Translations under genes and position numbers: made by a program
Shown: one piece after another, positions 1-9,681 of the stretch
Numbering within the stretch: position 1 is the stretch's first letter
Layout of the letters: each line of letters begins with the position of its first letter
NCBI GenBank assembly: GCA_963667035.1
Contig: OY762964.1
Coordinates: 2,208,001 to 2,272,000, forward strand
Length of the DNA: 64,000 nucleotides
Direction: 5' to 3'
DNA from: Candidatus Cloacimonadales bacterium
Lineage (GTDB): Bacteria > Cloacimonadota > Cloacimonadia > Cloacimonadales > JAFGVF01
Notes under the pieces: generated by a model
Databases searched by the model: none
Told to the model about the DNA's origin: nothing
What the model saw: the letters and a program-made list of their open reading frames with translations, nothing else

Positions 1-16
1 AATTATTCCGGATTAT

Positions 17-550
17 CTAGTTATCTTGAAGTAGCTCTGCTTTCTCTACTAGTTGCATAACTTCGGCTCTATATCCGAACTTATCTTCTCCTATATGATT
101 TCTTCGCTAGATTCTTTACAAGTTCCCAATCAGCGTTCCATTTAAACTCATTGTATTGACGCATGAAATCCATAAGCTGCAACAACTGCAGAGAAACGGA
201 AGTTATCACTTGTTCTCTTCAATGTTTGCACAACATCCGGAACTGCTCTTTCGATAAGTTTACTCTTAGTCCCTTTAGGTTCTTTATATCTGAGTTTAAC
301 AAAGAGGAGTTCATCGATATGAGAATCGGAAACCTTCCGTGGTTCAGGCTTAGGTTTATTTTGATACCTGCTTGGGTCCTTTTCGAATTAAACCAGAATC
401 TCTTACATCAAGATCTAATTCAACTGATCGTTTGTTTAGAGTAGCATTCTGAGTACTGTTCCCTCCTGTATTAACTCTAAGCTTCTCAATTGTCTCGGCT
501 GCATAACTAATCTTAATTACTTTAATATTATATACTCCCAATATTTTCAT
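17..550 (-). pseudogene. Internally deleted, frameshifted copy of the YfbK-like VWA gene (N-terminal part fused to C-terminal part)
   Basis: Reverse complement of about 17-380 aligns to 26330-26688 (long identical stretch around GTTTCCGATTCTCATATCGATGAACTCC). About 400-545 aligns to 21700-21840. The VWA core is absent and indels are present. Confidence 0.85.
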
Positions 551-657
551 GTATCAATCTTTATTTTGATTTTGAGTTATATTGTACATTTTACTATTGA
601 ATAAATGGGAGTATTTCCAAAAGGTCACAAAATGTTGTGCCTCTACGATAAGCATAT

Positions 658-812
658 CGTCCTGTATAAAGTAGACACACTAAAACTAAAGGAGAATAAC
701 TGTTTTTAAAATTAAGTAAGAAAACAGCATTTAGTTTGGTGAAATATTTGAACGGAAAATAGTTAAAGAAATAGAAGATGGAGTCCTACTCATATACTAA
801 ACAAGAGCTATT
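658..812 (+). mobile_element. Decayed left end and orfA start of the same IS3-family element as at 20121
   Basis: CGTCCTGTATAAAGTAGACAC versus CGTCCTAAATAAAGTAGACAC at 20121; AAAACAGCAT...AGTTAAAGAAATAGAAGATGGAGT matches the orfA 5' end with indels. Confidence 0.75.
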
Positions 813-1020
813 AGTAATCCTATAGTGAAGTTATCTACATCTCGTGCATAAGTTAAATAATATAGATATTTCTGTTAAACAACTGTCAGTTTCCAGTTAA
901 GAGATTCTTAATATCAATACAGAAAAACAGTTAAATAGGAGAGAGTATATCAGTAAAAAAAGCTGTCAAAAGTGTTGACAATTTAGCCTCTACTTCAAAT
1001 CTCCGTGAAAGGAGAAAAGA

Positions 1021-1329
1021 ATGACAGTTTGCGGAGTTGTTTGTGAATCAGAGTGTTCAGCATTTGGAGATTCATGCAAAGGATGCAGGCAATTGGACGG
1101 AAGAGTTAGTTGGGTCCCTGATATTGGGGAAACAACTTGTCCTATCTTTACATATGTTAAAGAAAGCAACTATACATCATGCGGAGTATGCTCTAAGAAG
1201 CCATGTGATATATGGTTAATTGAAACAAAAAAAACTTCTGTGACCGAGCAAGAGTTCTTTAAAGATATTAATAGCAGATTAAATAATCTTCGCAAATCGA
1301 ACTCATGTATTCTTACGAAAAACACTTGA
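1021..1329 (+). CDS. Small Cys-rich protein (DUF3795-like)
   Basis: CGxxCxxxC, CxGC, CPI and CGxCxxxPC motifs; AGGAG RBS; TTGACA upstream. Confidence 0.7.
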   Translation: MTVCGVVCESECSAFGDSCKGCRQLDGRVSWVPDIGETTCPIFTYVKESNYTSCGVCSKKPCDIWLIETKKTSVTEQEFFKDINSRLNNLRKSNSCILTKNT

Positions 1330-1473
1330 TAGAAGATAAATTTATTTGGATAGTTAATTCAAAGTCATATTTCTTAATAATAACGATAAATATTGTTTGA
1401 CACTGTTAAAATGGAATATTTATTGCAATAAATTTTCAAGATATCTTATAATAACCGTTATGATGAGGTTTAG

Positions 1474-2664
1474 ATGATAGTTTTAATAATTGCAACAGCC
1501 GTATTGGTGTTGTACTGGGTGTATGAATATATCCGCCATCAAATGAATGTCAGAAACATCCCGATTCGTATTCATGTAAATGGAACGAGAGGGAAATCGA
1601 GTGTAACCAGACTAATAACTGCCGGATTAAGAAATGGTGGGATACCAACTGTGGCTAAGATTACAGGAACACTTCCACGTTTCATTATGAGAGGTGGTGA
1701 AGAGGCTGCTATTATTCGTTTGGCAGGAGCAAATATACTTGAGCAGAAATATATGTTCCGTTATGCTGCCGACATGAAACCACAAGCATTTGTTATTGAA
1801 TGTATGGCTGTTAATCCTGTTTACCAATGGATAACAGAGAAACATTTTGTTAAGGCAACTCATTCAGTTATCACCAACAGCAGGCTTGACCATACTGATT
1901 TAATGGGACCTACCGTTGAATCTGTAACTCAATGCTTATGTAACACAATTCCAAAGAACGGTGAATGTTTTACAGCCGAAGAGAAGATGTTCCCAATAAT
2001 GAAACATGTAGCTGATAAACGTTCCTGTAAAATTCACAAGGTTCGTCCTTATGATGTGACTCCTGAAGAAATGATGAAGTTCTCATACATTGAGCATGAA
2101 GAGAACGTCCAACTTGCCTTGGAAGTTTGTCTTAAACTTGGTGTAAAAAGACAAGATGCTCTTGAAGGTATGTGGAAATCACATCCTGATCCTGGGGCTT
2201 TGACCAAGTATACTGTTAAAGATAATGGTAAGGAAATTACTTTTTACAATGTGTTTGCTGCCAATGACCCCGATTCTTCCAATTTCATCTGGGATTTAAT
2301 ATCAAAGAAACTGTCTAAGGATACTCATAAATTCTTGATTATCAATAGTAGATCCGATAGGTATTATCGTTCTCAACAGCTAATCGAAGCAATGGGACAT
2401 CAGAATTATGATTACATGATTCTTACAGGTGAAATTCCTGAGAAAGTTGAATCTTTTGCTCTCCATCACGGAATTAAAAGAGATAAACTTGTTACAATGG
2501 GCGAAGTGCTACCCGAAAAAATATATCAAGAAATATACAAAAGAACCGATAAAGAAGCCCATGTCATCGGTGTAGGCAATATCGCCGGTGAAAGAAAATA
2601 CGGTGCGACTATTGTTGCTCATTTTAAACATAAATCAAGACAAAATAATAAGGAAAATAAATAG
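1474..2664 (+). CDS. pgsB: Poly-gamma-glutamate synthase PgsB/CapB
   Basis: IHVNGTRGKSSVTRLI P-loop, AKITGT, ECMAVNP, DHTDLMG and PDPGAL motifs. Confidence 0.95.
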   Translation: MIVLIIATAVLVLYWVYEYIRHQMNVRNIPIRIHVNGTRGKSSVTRLITAGLRNGGIPTVAKITGTLPRFIMRGGEEAAIIRLAGANILEQKYMFRYAADMKPQAFVIECMAVNPVYQWITEKHFVKATHSVITNSRLDHTDLMGPTVESVTQCLCNTIPKNGECFTAEEKMFPIMKHVADKRSCKIHKVRPYDVTPEEMMKFSYIEHEENVQLALEVCLKLGVKRQDALEGMWKSHPDPGALTKYTVKDNGKEITFYNVFAANDPDSSNFIWDLISKKLSKDTHKFLIINSRSDRYYRSQQLIEAMGHQNYDYMILTGEIPEKVESFALHHGIKRDKLVTMGEVLPEKIYQEIYKRTDKEAHVIGVGNIAGERKYGATIVAHFKHKSRQNNKENK

Positions 2665-2673
2665 GAGGAATCA

Positions 2674-3129
2674 GTGGTTGAAGCCGCAGTTGGTATTGGC
2701 GTCATAATCAGTTTAATATTTGCAGAGCTTCTCGGTGCTTCAGCAGGTGGTATTGTTGTGCCGGGTTATATTGCAATGTATTTAGACAAACCGATGCAAA
2801 TTATCGGTACTTTACTTGTCAGCCTCGTGACATGGGGATTAATACGATTAATTTCCCAAGTAACATTATTATTCGGAAGACGTAGAATGGTTTTAGCTAT
2901 TCTCTTAGGTTTTATTGTTGGTTGGGCATCAAGGCACCTAGTCTTTCATAACATGTCCATTTATGACCTGGAAATGCAATCAATCGGTTACATTGTTCCT
3001 GGTCTTATAGCTAACTGGATGGAAAGACAAGGTGTTGTAAAAACAATTTCAACCATGATTATTGCTGCTGTATTTGTCAGACTTTTAATCATGCTGATTT
3101 CAGGTGGAGAGGTGGTGTTTAATGTATAG
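2674..3129 (+). CDS. pgsC: Poly-gamma-glutamate biosynthesis protein PgsC/CapC
   Basis: GGIVVPGYIA, LFGRRR and IGYIVPGLIANW motifs; follows pgsB. Confidence 0.95.
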   Translation: MVEAAVGIGVIISLIFAELLGASAGGIVVPGYIAMYLDKPMQIIGTLLVSLVTWGLIRLISQVTLLFGRRRMVLAILLGFIVGWASRHLVFHNMSIYDLEMQSIGYIVPGLIANWMERQGVVKTISTMIIAAVFVRLLIMLISGGEVVFNV

Positions 3130-4255
3130 ACCTTCATTAAGATCAAATTGGAGCTTAGCTATCCTTGCAATACTAAGTCTCGTCCTTTTCTATTTTGCCC
3201 AAACAAGTAAGAAAACAATTAAGACAAATCATTACAATTTGAAACTTAAAGCTGCAAATGAAATGCAAACAATGATGAGCGTAGTTAAAACAGCTTACGA
3301 AAGTGAAGATTTAAACTACAATGTGCTTGATGACCCTCATAAAACAGGTTTGATCGGTAGAAAAGTAACTACTATCACAACAAGTAGAGGTCTTCTTTAT
3401 GATAAACAAACAGCTATTAATCCTAACTTTGCCGCTGTATATGTAGAACAGCTTAAACAAGCAAAAGTGAAGAAAGATGATTATATTGCTGTAGGTATTA
3501 CCGGCTCAACCCCTGCGGCTAACCTTGCACTTTATGCAGCCTTAAAAGTGATTGAAGCTAAACCGATAATCATCACCGCAAACGGTTCTGCCATGTATGG
3601 AGCAAACAGAGAAAACTTTACTTGGCTCGATATTGAAAGAGTACTTAATGAGAAAGGTCTCATCAATTTCAAGAGCATTTATGCTTCTTTCGGTGGTAAT
3701 GATGATAGAGGCAAGGGCTTATCGGATGTTGGATTGGAAAATCTTGCCAACTCGATTACAAGAAACAACGTTAAGTTGATACACGGTAAGAGTTTAAGAG
3801 AGAATATTGAACTTAGAGAGAAAGCTTATTCAAACAGTTTACCTGAAGGTACACGTTATAAAGCTTTTGTTAATATAGGATCCGGTTTAGCTAATGTTGG
3901 TAGTGCTATTAATGCTAAACTTGTTAATAACGGTGTAAACAGAAAACTTGCTGAGAAAGAATTCAGTAATCCCGGAGTAATGTTCAGCTTTGCCAAAAAA
4001 GGTGTACCTGTGATACATACTTTCAGAGTTAGACCATTGGCTGAGAAATACGGAATGCCTGTTGCCGTTAGTAAATCAGAGAAACCTTTTGAGATGCAAA
4101 CTCCCGGAGAAGGAGAAATATTTAGCTCAGTTATAAATAATCCTACTGTAATAGCTATCTGTTTCATAGTTCTCTTAATAGCTATTGCTGCTGTTGTTGT
4201 CTTCGACAGACATGACAGAAAGTTTGCTAAGAACATCGTTGCTCACGAAGACTAA
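3122..4255 (+). CDS. pgsW: Poly-gamma-glutamate system protein PgsW
   Basis: DPxxTGLIG, TTSRGxLxxKxTxxNPNFAA and YGAN motifs; N- and C-terminal TM segments; ATG 3122 overlaps the pgsC stop. Confidence 0.85.
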   Translation: MYRPSLRSNWSLAILAILSLVLFYFAQTSKKTIKTNHYNLKLKAANEMQTMMSVVKTAYESEDLNYNVLDDPHKTGLIGRKVTTITTSRGLLYDKQTAINPNFAAVYVEQLKQAKVKKDDYIAVGITGSTPAANLALYAALKVIEAKPIIITANGSAMYGANRENFTWLDIERVLNEKGLINFKSIYASFGGNDDRGKGLSDVGLENLANSITRNNVKLIHGKSLRENIELREKAYSNSLPEGTRYKAFVNIGSGLANVGSAINAKLVNNGVNRKLAEKEFSNPGVMFSFAKKGVPVIHTFRVRPLAEKYGMPVAVSKSEKPFEMQTPGEGEIFSSVINNPTVIAICFIVLLIAIAAVVVFDRHDRKFAKNIVAHED

Positions 4256-4264
4256 GAAGGAATT

Positions 4265-5086
4265 ATGAAAAGATTAGTTATTATTTGTCTTATCTTAGTA
4301 ACATTATTACCTATACTGGCTCTTGATAAGGTAATTTACAGAACAAAGGATTTCAGTAATCATGGAACTCGCAGATTAGTTAATACAAATGATAGAAAGG
4401 TATTCTACTATCGCTCTGTAAGAGGAGACGATTTAGTCATGCTTAAGCCTGTTGCAGGAGAATATACGTTAAAATCTATTTCAAAAGCTCAAGATTTATC
4501 CTTAGATTTTGATTTGATAATTGATGGGAATATTACTTCTGTCCATATTACTCAAATGGGCTTTAATAATGAGTATGTATTCTTTAACGAATACAAACTT
4601 AACATACCCAAAGGAGTTGAAGAAGTTAGAATAAGAACTCTTAACAGAAATGCTTATTTCCGCTTTTTCAAGAAAGCTGTGTTACATCTTTCCGAAGAGC
4701 CAATAGCTATAACTCCTGAGAAATACCTTAGAAAACAGATTGTTAGAAGCTCAAAATCAGAGAGTGAATATTTTGTAGCCGATGAAGGTAATGAGATTGA
4801 ATTTACTGTAGACGGTAGATTTGAGGTATACTTCTATGCCAGAGCCACTATCGTAGAGAATATTAAGCCTACCTTTGACATTTATCTCAATGATGAGCTT
4901 ATAAAAGCAGTTAACATCGATCTTAAGAAATCCGGGAAATATACCTGTGACGGATATGAATGCTTAAGTATAGGAAAGAAAATCGAGTTAGAAACCAATG
5001 AAGGCAATAATACTTTCAAGATTGTTCCACAGAATGCAAATCCAATCTTTGTTCGTATTATGAAAATAAGAAAGAGAGTTAACTAA
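4265..5086 (+). CDS. Exported beta-rich hypothetical protein
   Basis: Signal peptide; in operon after pgsW. Confidence 0.7.
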   Translation: MKRLVIICLILVTLLPILALDKVIYRTKDFSNHGTRRLVNTNDRKVFYYRSVRGDDLVMLKPVAGEYTLKSISKAQDLSLDFDLIIDGNITSVHITQMGFNNEYVFFNEYKLNIPKGVEEVRIRTLNRNAYFRFFKKAVLHLSEEPIAITPEKYLRKQIVRSSKSESEYFVADEGNEIEFTVDGRFEVYFYARATIVENIKPTFDIYLNDELIKAVNIDLKKSGKYTCDGYECLSIGKKIELETNEGNNTFKIVPQNANPIFVRIMKIRKRVN

Positions 5087-6138
5087 TGCGTATTTTTTTA
5101 TTAGTCTGTTTATCGTTCCTATTGTTACCTCTTTTCTCTGTACCTGTCACAATTGACTATTCTTTGGAAACAGAGTATAGTGATAATATCTGGCATCTTT
5201 CAGACTATGATAGAGATAGAGCAGAAGCGGGAAGTGAAATCCTTCCATTTGTTGATACTATTGATGATTTCGTCATAAAATCAGATGTGAAAGCTGAATT
5301 GATTTATAAGTTGAGTAAGAAAGTTTCGATTGATCCTTTTGTAAAACTTGGCTATGATCACTATACATCAAACACTGATAAATCTAAAAGCAGTATCCTT
5401 ACTGGAGTTCAAGTTAACTATAAACCATTTAGTTTCAATCTTGAATATGGTTATTATCCGGATACATACGTAAGAGATTATAAGGACAATGACAATAGCC
5501 TCTACAGTGGTACAGGTCATTATGAAAAGTTTGAATATGATAAGAATCTTTACAAGGTAAGATTGGGTTGGAGACCGATGATTAAACATCGTTTCTTCAT
5601 AGAATCAAAACTTGAAGATTATTGTTATAACGAATATTTCACAGAATATGATGGGACTTCTTACTCATATGAGCTAGGTTGGAGAGGTTCTTTCCCAGGA
5701 TTGTATCTTGATTTCTCATACACATTCAAAGAATTTACTACTGATGATGACATCGAATCACTTTATACAGATGAAGTTAATTGGGACATAATTCCATCTG
5801 ACTCATCTTATGAAAGCGATACATTCGATTTAGGCTTAACTTTAAAAAAGGTTGATACTGACTGGGATAATGTTAAGTATAGATTTACTTTTGATTTTGC
5901 ATTCGATAAGCGTTATTATCAGGGTGGAGATGAGTACCATAATAAAAGAGAAGATACTAAGTCAACAGTATCTCCTTCTGTTATCTTCTATTTAGGAGAT
6001 AGTGTAGATATTCATCTTGACTATTCTTATTGTAATCGTACGGTTGAATCTCCATATAACTCAGTGCCTAGATACAAAGAGTATTCAGAGAATACTGTTT
6101 CAATAGGCTTTGGTTATAAGTTTGACTTATTAGATTAA
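5086..6138 (+). CDS. Putative outer-membrane beta-barrel protein
   Basis: Signal peptide, alternating Tyr/Phe strands, C-terminal VSIGFGYKF; TAATG coupling to the upstream gene. Confidence 0.7.
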   Translation: MRIFLLVCLSFLLLPLFSVPVTIDYSLETEYSDNIWHLSDYDRDRAEAGSEILPFVDTIDDFVIKSDVKAELIYKLSKKVSIDPFVKLGYDHYTSNTDKSKSSILTGVQVNYKPFSFNLEYGYYPDTYVRDYKDNDNSLYSGTGHYEKFEYDKNLYKVRLGWRPMIKHRFFIESKLEDYCYNEYFTEYDGTSYSYELGWRGSFPGLYLDFSYTFKEFTTDDDIESLYTDEVNWDIIPSDSSYESDTFDLGLTLKKVDTDWDNVKYRFTFDFAFDKRYYQGGDEYHNKREDTKSTVSPSVIFYLGDSVDIHLDYSYCNRTVESPYNSVPRYKEYSENTVSIGFGYKFDLLD

Positions 6139-6150
6139 GGAGTGTCAATC

Positions 6151-6426
6151 ATGATGCAAAAGGAATCTCGTAGAGAAAAAATAGTTGAATTTCTGCAAAT
6201 GACAGAGAATCCGACTGTTGAATTACGTAAGTATTCCAAACCGGTACTAGTATGGCAAGTGTCAGAAGGTACTGTTCAATATTCTATCTGGGAAGCAGAT
6301 ATTCTTGAAAGATTTGGTTTGGAAAACGTAGATGGATGGGATTTCGAAGAAGATGCCCTTTTCTGCCCTGACTGGGTAGTCGAGGATGAAGACTGGTATG
6401 ACGACGATGACGACGATGACTTTTAG
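6151..6426 (+). CDS. Small acidic hypothetical protein
   Basis: AAGGAG RBS; Asp-rich C-terminus. Confidence 0.6.
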   Translation: MMQKESRREKIVEFLQMTENPTVELRKYSKPVLVWQVSEGTVQYSIWEADILERFGLENVDGWDFEEDALFCPDWVVEDEDWYDDDDDDDF

Positions 6427-6490
6427 TCATAAAATTAAGGGTGATTAGTTTTTGAGCCGGAAATATCCGGCTTTTTCTTTAGGAGTTATT

Positions 6491-7504
6491 ATGCAAAGAA
6501 TTAAAATTATTGGTGGTGGTAGCTGGGGATTGGCACTTGCAAATCTTCTCGCTGTGAATGGTCATGAAGTTTCCGTGTGGGAATTTGATCAACAAAGAGC
6601 TGAAGAACTGATTAGTACACACTCTAACTCTGTCTTTCTTCCCGGTATCAGATTACATGATTCAATTATGTTTAGTAACTCTCTAAAAGAAGTAGTCCAA
6701 GGTGAATTTGATATATTATTGTTTGCTGTTCCTTCTCAAGTTGTTCGTACGGTAGCTAAAAAGGTTGGAACTCTACTTAGCCCTACTTCAGGATTGAAAG
6801 CAATTGTTAATGTTGCTAAAGGAGTAGAAAAAAAGACTCTCAAACGCATGTCTGAAGTTCTGTCGGATTCTCTATCGAAAGAATTCTCTGATATGATTAT
6901 GACCCTTTCAGGTCCAAGCCATGCTGAGGAAGTTGCAAAAGAAGTATCCACTGCTGTTGTAATAGCAGGTTCAACCAGAGCAAATCAAACTCTGATACAA
7001 AAAACCTTCAGTAATGATTATTTTAGGGTTTATCGATCTAATGACCTCATTGGTGTAGAACTTGGCGGTTCCGTGAAAAATATCATTGCCATAGCTGCTG
7101 GTATAACTGTAGGCTTAGGACTTGGTGACAATACCATGGGAGCTCTTTTAACGAGAGGAGTAGCAGAAGTTAAAAGACTTGGAATAGTTATGGGTGCAAA
7201 TCCCGAGACATTTCTCGGACTATCGGGAATTGGTGATCTTATTACAACCTCTATGAGTAAACATAGTAGAAATAGATATGTTGGTTTCGAGATAGGAAAG
7301 GGTAAAACACTTACGGAAGTTTTGTCATCAATGCAGATGGTTGCTGAAGGTGTTGATTCTACTGTTTCCGTACACGAATTGAGTAATAAATATGAAGTGG
7401 AAATGCCAATTACAGGTCAAGTGTATGAAGTGTTGTTTAATGAAAAAGACCCTAAAGACGCAATTAGATCTTTAATGACAAGGTCTTTGAAAGAGGAAGA
7501 CTAG
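6491..7504 (+). CDS. gpsA: NAD(P)H-dependent glycerol-3-phosphate dehydrogenase
   Basis: GGGSWG, SGPSHAEEV, KNIIAIAAG, GIGDLITT and SRN motifs. Confidence 0.96.
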   Translation: MQRIKIIGGGSWGLALANLLAVNGHEVSVWEFDQQRAEELISTHSNSVFLPGIRLHDSIMFSNSLKEVVQGEFDILLFAVPSQVVRTVAKKVGTLLSPTSGLKAIVNVAKGVEKKTLKRMSEVLSDSLSKEFSDMIMTLSGPSHAEEVAKEVSTAVVIAGSTRANQTLIQKTFSNDYFRVYRSNDLIGVELGGSVKNIIAIAAGITVGLGLGDNTMGALLTRGVAEVKRLGIVMGANPETFLGLSGIGDLITTSMSKHSRNRYVGFEIGKGKTLTEVLSSMQMVAEGVDSTVSVHELSNKYEVEMPITGQVYEVLFNEKDPKDAIRSLMTRSLKEED

Positions 7505-7507
7505 AAG

Positions 7508-8629
7508 CTAAGCTCCTAGTCCTCTAAAGTCTATATATGCTTTGTTTTTACTGTTTGTTACATCAGGAGTAACTTGTATTAATCTGTTATAAATCTTTTC
7601 AATCATTTCCTTATTATTATCTTCGGATGTATAATAAACAAACTGCTTTGCACTGTCATGTTTTATTGCTAAACTGACAATGTTCTCTCGAGGCTCAAAT
7701 AACAGAACCGAGAAAGAGTAAGTAAATATTATCTCTCTCATCACCTTTCCAAAGGCTTCTATTTCTCTATTAGAGTCACAGCAAGAATCTATGGACTCAG
7801 CTTCACTTATGTATTTCAGATAGTTATTCTTATCTTCTTTTAAATCACTATATCTAACAAAAAGCTTCTTTTTACCTATCTCAGGTGTTACTTGAACAAG
7901 GATTGTCTCCACTATACTTGGATTACCATTGTTACTAACTATAACATCTTCATACTCTATTCTCTCAAACTCCGATTGAATCACTTCGTATGAATTTTTA
8001 CCGAAGCTACTTGGGTCAATCGTTTTTATACCTAATCCTCTAAAGTCTAGAGTCTCACTTTTACACTCACTACAAGTTTTAGGAGTATAGCTGCTTAGTT
8101 TCATGTATACTTTAGCTACTTGATTATCTACATCCCTATCAAGAGCAAAGAAATCAAACGCTTTACCATCAGCTTTTCTTATAGCAATTCCGTATGGTTT
8201 CATCTCTTTCTCAATTAGCATAACTTCTGTGTTATCATTGAGTATAATCTCTTTAGATACCTTACCTACTCTTCTTATCTCTCTTAAGGATTCACATGTT
8301 GACCATATCTTACCATTCTTTACAATTGATTTTAACAAAGGTAATGCTTTACCCCTACTCCCTTTTAACTTTGTTTTCTTGTTTAACTCATCAATTGAGA
8401 ATATTAGAGTTTTGTCCTCACTCTTGTAGTTAACTATAACACTTACTTCTGTTATTATTTCTCTGGGATTATTAGGATTCCTTTTTGCGAAATGCCTGAT
8501 AGATTCATAGTCAGAGAGAATTGCTTCGACTTCATCACCGGACCCGGTAATAAAAGCTGGTGGAACTCAGCCTGATGCAAAAACATTTATTGTAAATAGA
8601 ACAGTTAAAACTAATATAACTACTTTCAT
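7508..8629 (-). CDS. Candidate exported selenoprotein (373 aa) with in-frame TGA at codon 21
   Basis: AAGGAG then ATG at 8629; MKVVILVLTVLFTINVFASG-TGA-VPPAF... is open and in frame with the 7508-8338 ORF; SECIS-like hairpin downstream. Confidence 0.75.
8529..8557 (-). promoter_or_regulatory. Bacterial SECIS-like stem-loop
   Basis: GCUUUUAUUACCG-GGUC-CGGUGAUGAAGU; the apical loop begins with G, 22 nt after the UGA at 8569-8567. Confidence 0.7.
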
Positions 8630-9609
8630 TAGATCTCCTTTTGAAACTTTCTGATATGAAATAGCACGAGTACCCTCTTCACAATTCTCTTAGCCAACTC
8701 TTTTAATTCAAAAATATTAGCTACAGCAATCGTGAAATACTTCATTTTGGGATCTAAAGGCCATGATAACTCTGGGAATTTATAGCCCTCAGCTCTACCC
8801 CATTTGATGAATGCTAATATTGATTCCAAATATATTAGTTTCCTTTTGGGAAACCTTTTCCAGTAACGGGGTCTTCCTGGACCAAGATGTGCTAAATATA
8901 TCTCATTATCACTATCAAATTTACCACTTGTTAAGGGTGGCACCTCTCTTGAAAATGTTAGCAATGAGTTTAATACCGATTCATCTAATTGAGAATAAGC
9001 AGTAAGAGAGTAATCATAGGCTACACCGGTGTTGTAATTAGGCAATACTTTCATCATCTGCTTATGCCATTTCTCTATAAACCAAAGATAGTCTGTATGT
9101 ATAGATAGATTACCTCCGGCTACCGTATTCTTTCTCTGTGGACTATCTAGTTCATTAACATCTCTCTTCCATTGCTTAAGAATAATCATTGGAATACCAC
9201 CATATTCATCTTCACGGGTATAGTATTTTGAGAATACCCAACCGTCTTCTTTAGGGGATTTGAAACGAGCTGATAATGAGGGATTATCTTGCTTAAAGAA
9301 GGGAGTAATATCTCCAGTAGCAATGCAATCTCCATCAAAGAGACTGATTATTTCAAATCCGCAATCCTTAGCAGTAAGAATAGCTTCTGCTTTACGTGTC
9401 GTAGGATTCCTTAGATTACTCATATCAGCATCAAAAGTTCTTACATCTTCAAACTGTGAAAACAACTCTTTCTCTTCCTCAGATAAACCTACACATAAAA
9501 CATGTATATTAGTCTTTACTTTATAATATTTTAGAGACAGAATTAGGATAAATGTCGGTATTATATATCCATTGTCGGTAATTGTTACGACAACTGCCGA
9601 ATTTTTCAT
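8629..9609 (-). CDS. Glycosyltransferase-like protein (GT-A fold, GT8-like)
   Basis: TDNGY...SL N-terminus, FDGD DxD motif, DESVLN and HLG motifs. Confidence 0.6.
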   Translation of the reverse strand: MKNSAVVVTITDNGYIIPTFILILSLKYYKVKTNIHVLCVGLSEEEKELFSQFEDVRTFDADMSNLRNPTTRKAEAILTAKDCGFEIISLFDGDCIATGDITPFFKQDNPSLSARFKSPKEDGWVFSKYYTREDEYGGIPMIILKQWKRDVNELDSPQRKNTVAGGNLSIHTDYLWFIEKWHKQMMKVLPNYNTGVAYDYSLTAYSQLDESVLNSLLTFSREVPPLTSGKFDSDNEIYLAHLGPGRPRYWKRFPKRKLIYLESILAFIKWGRAEGYKFPELSWPLDPKMKYFTIAVANIFELKELAKRIVKRVLVLFHIRKFQKEI

Positions 9610-9681
9610 CTGACAACCCCCTTATTAGGTGTTAAAATAATGTAAATGCATGAAAAGTTGGCAATAAATAATTTTATGAAT

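Noticed and set aside
17..380. Diversity-generating retroelement template repeat for the VWA C-terminus
   Set aside because: Mismatches to 26330-26688 involve all bases and include indels rather than being adenine-specific; no reverse transcriptase in the window.
163..444. Plus-strand 93-aa ORF, and similar short antisense ORFs throughout the track
   Set aside because: Shadow frames of real genes or relics on the opposite strand; no RBS or motifs.
870..965. Possible fifth 11-bp array (CTGTT/CTGTC/CAGTT)
   Set aside because: Only three phased units and no symmetric right arm.
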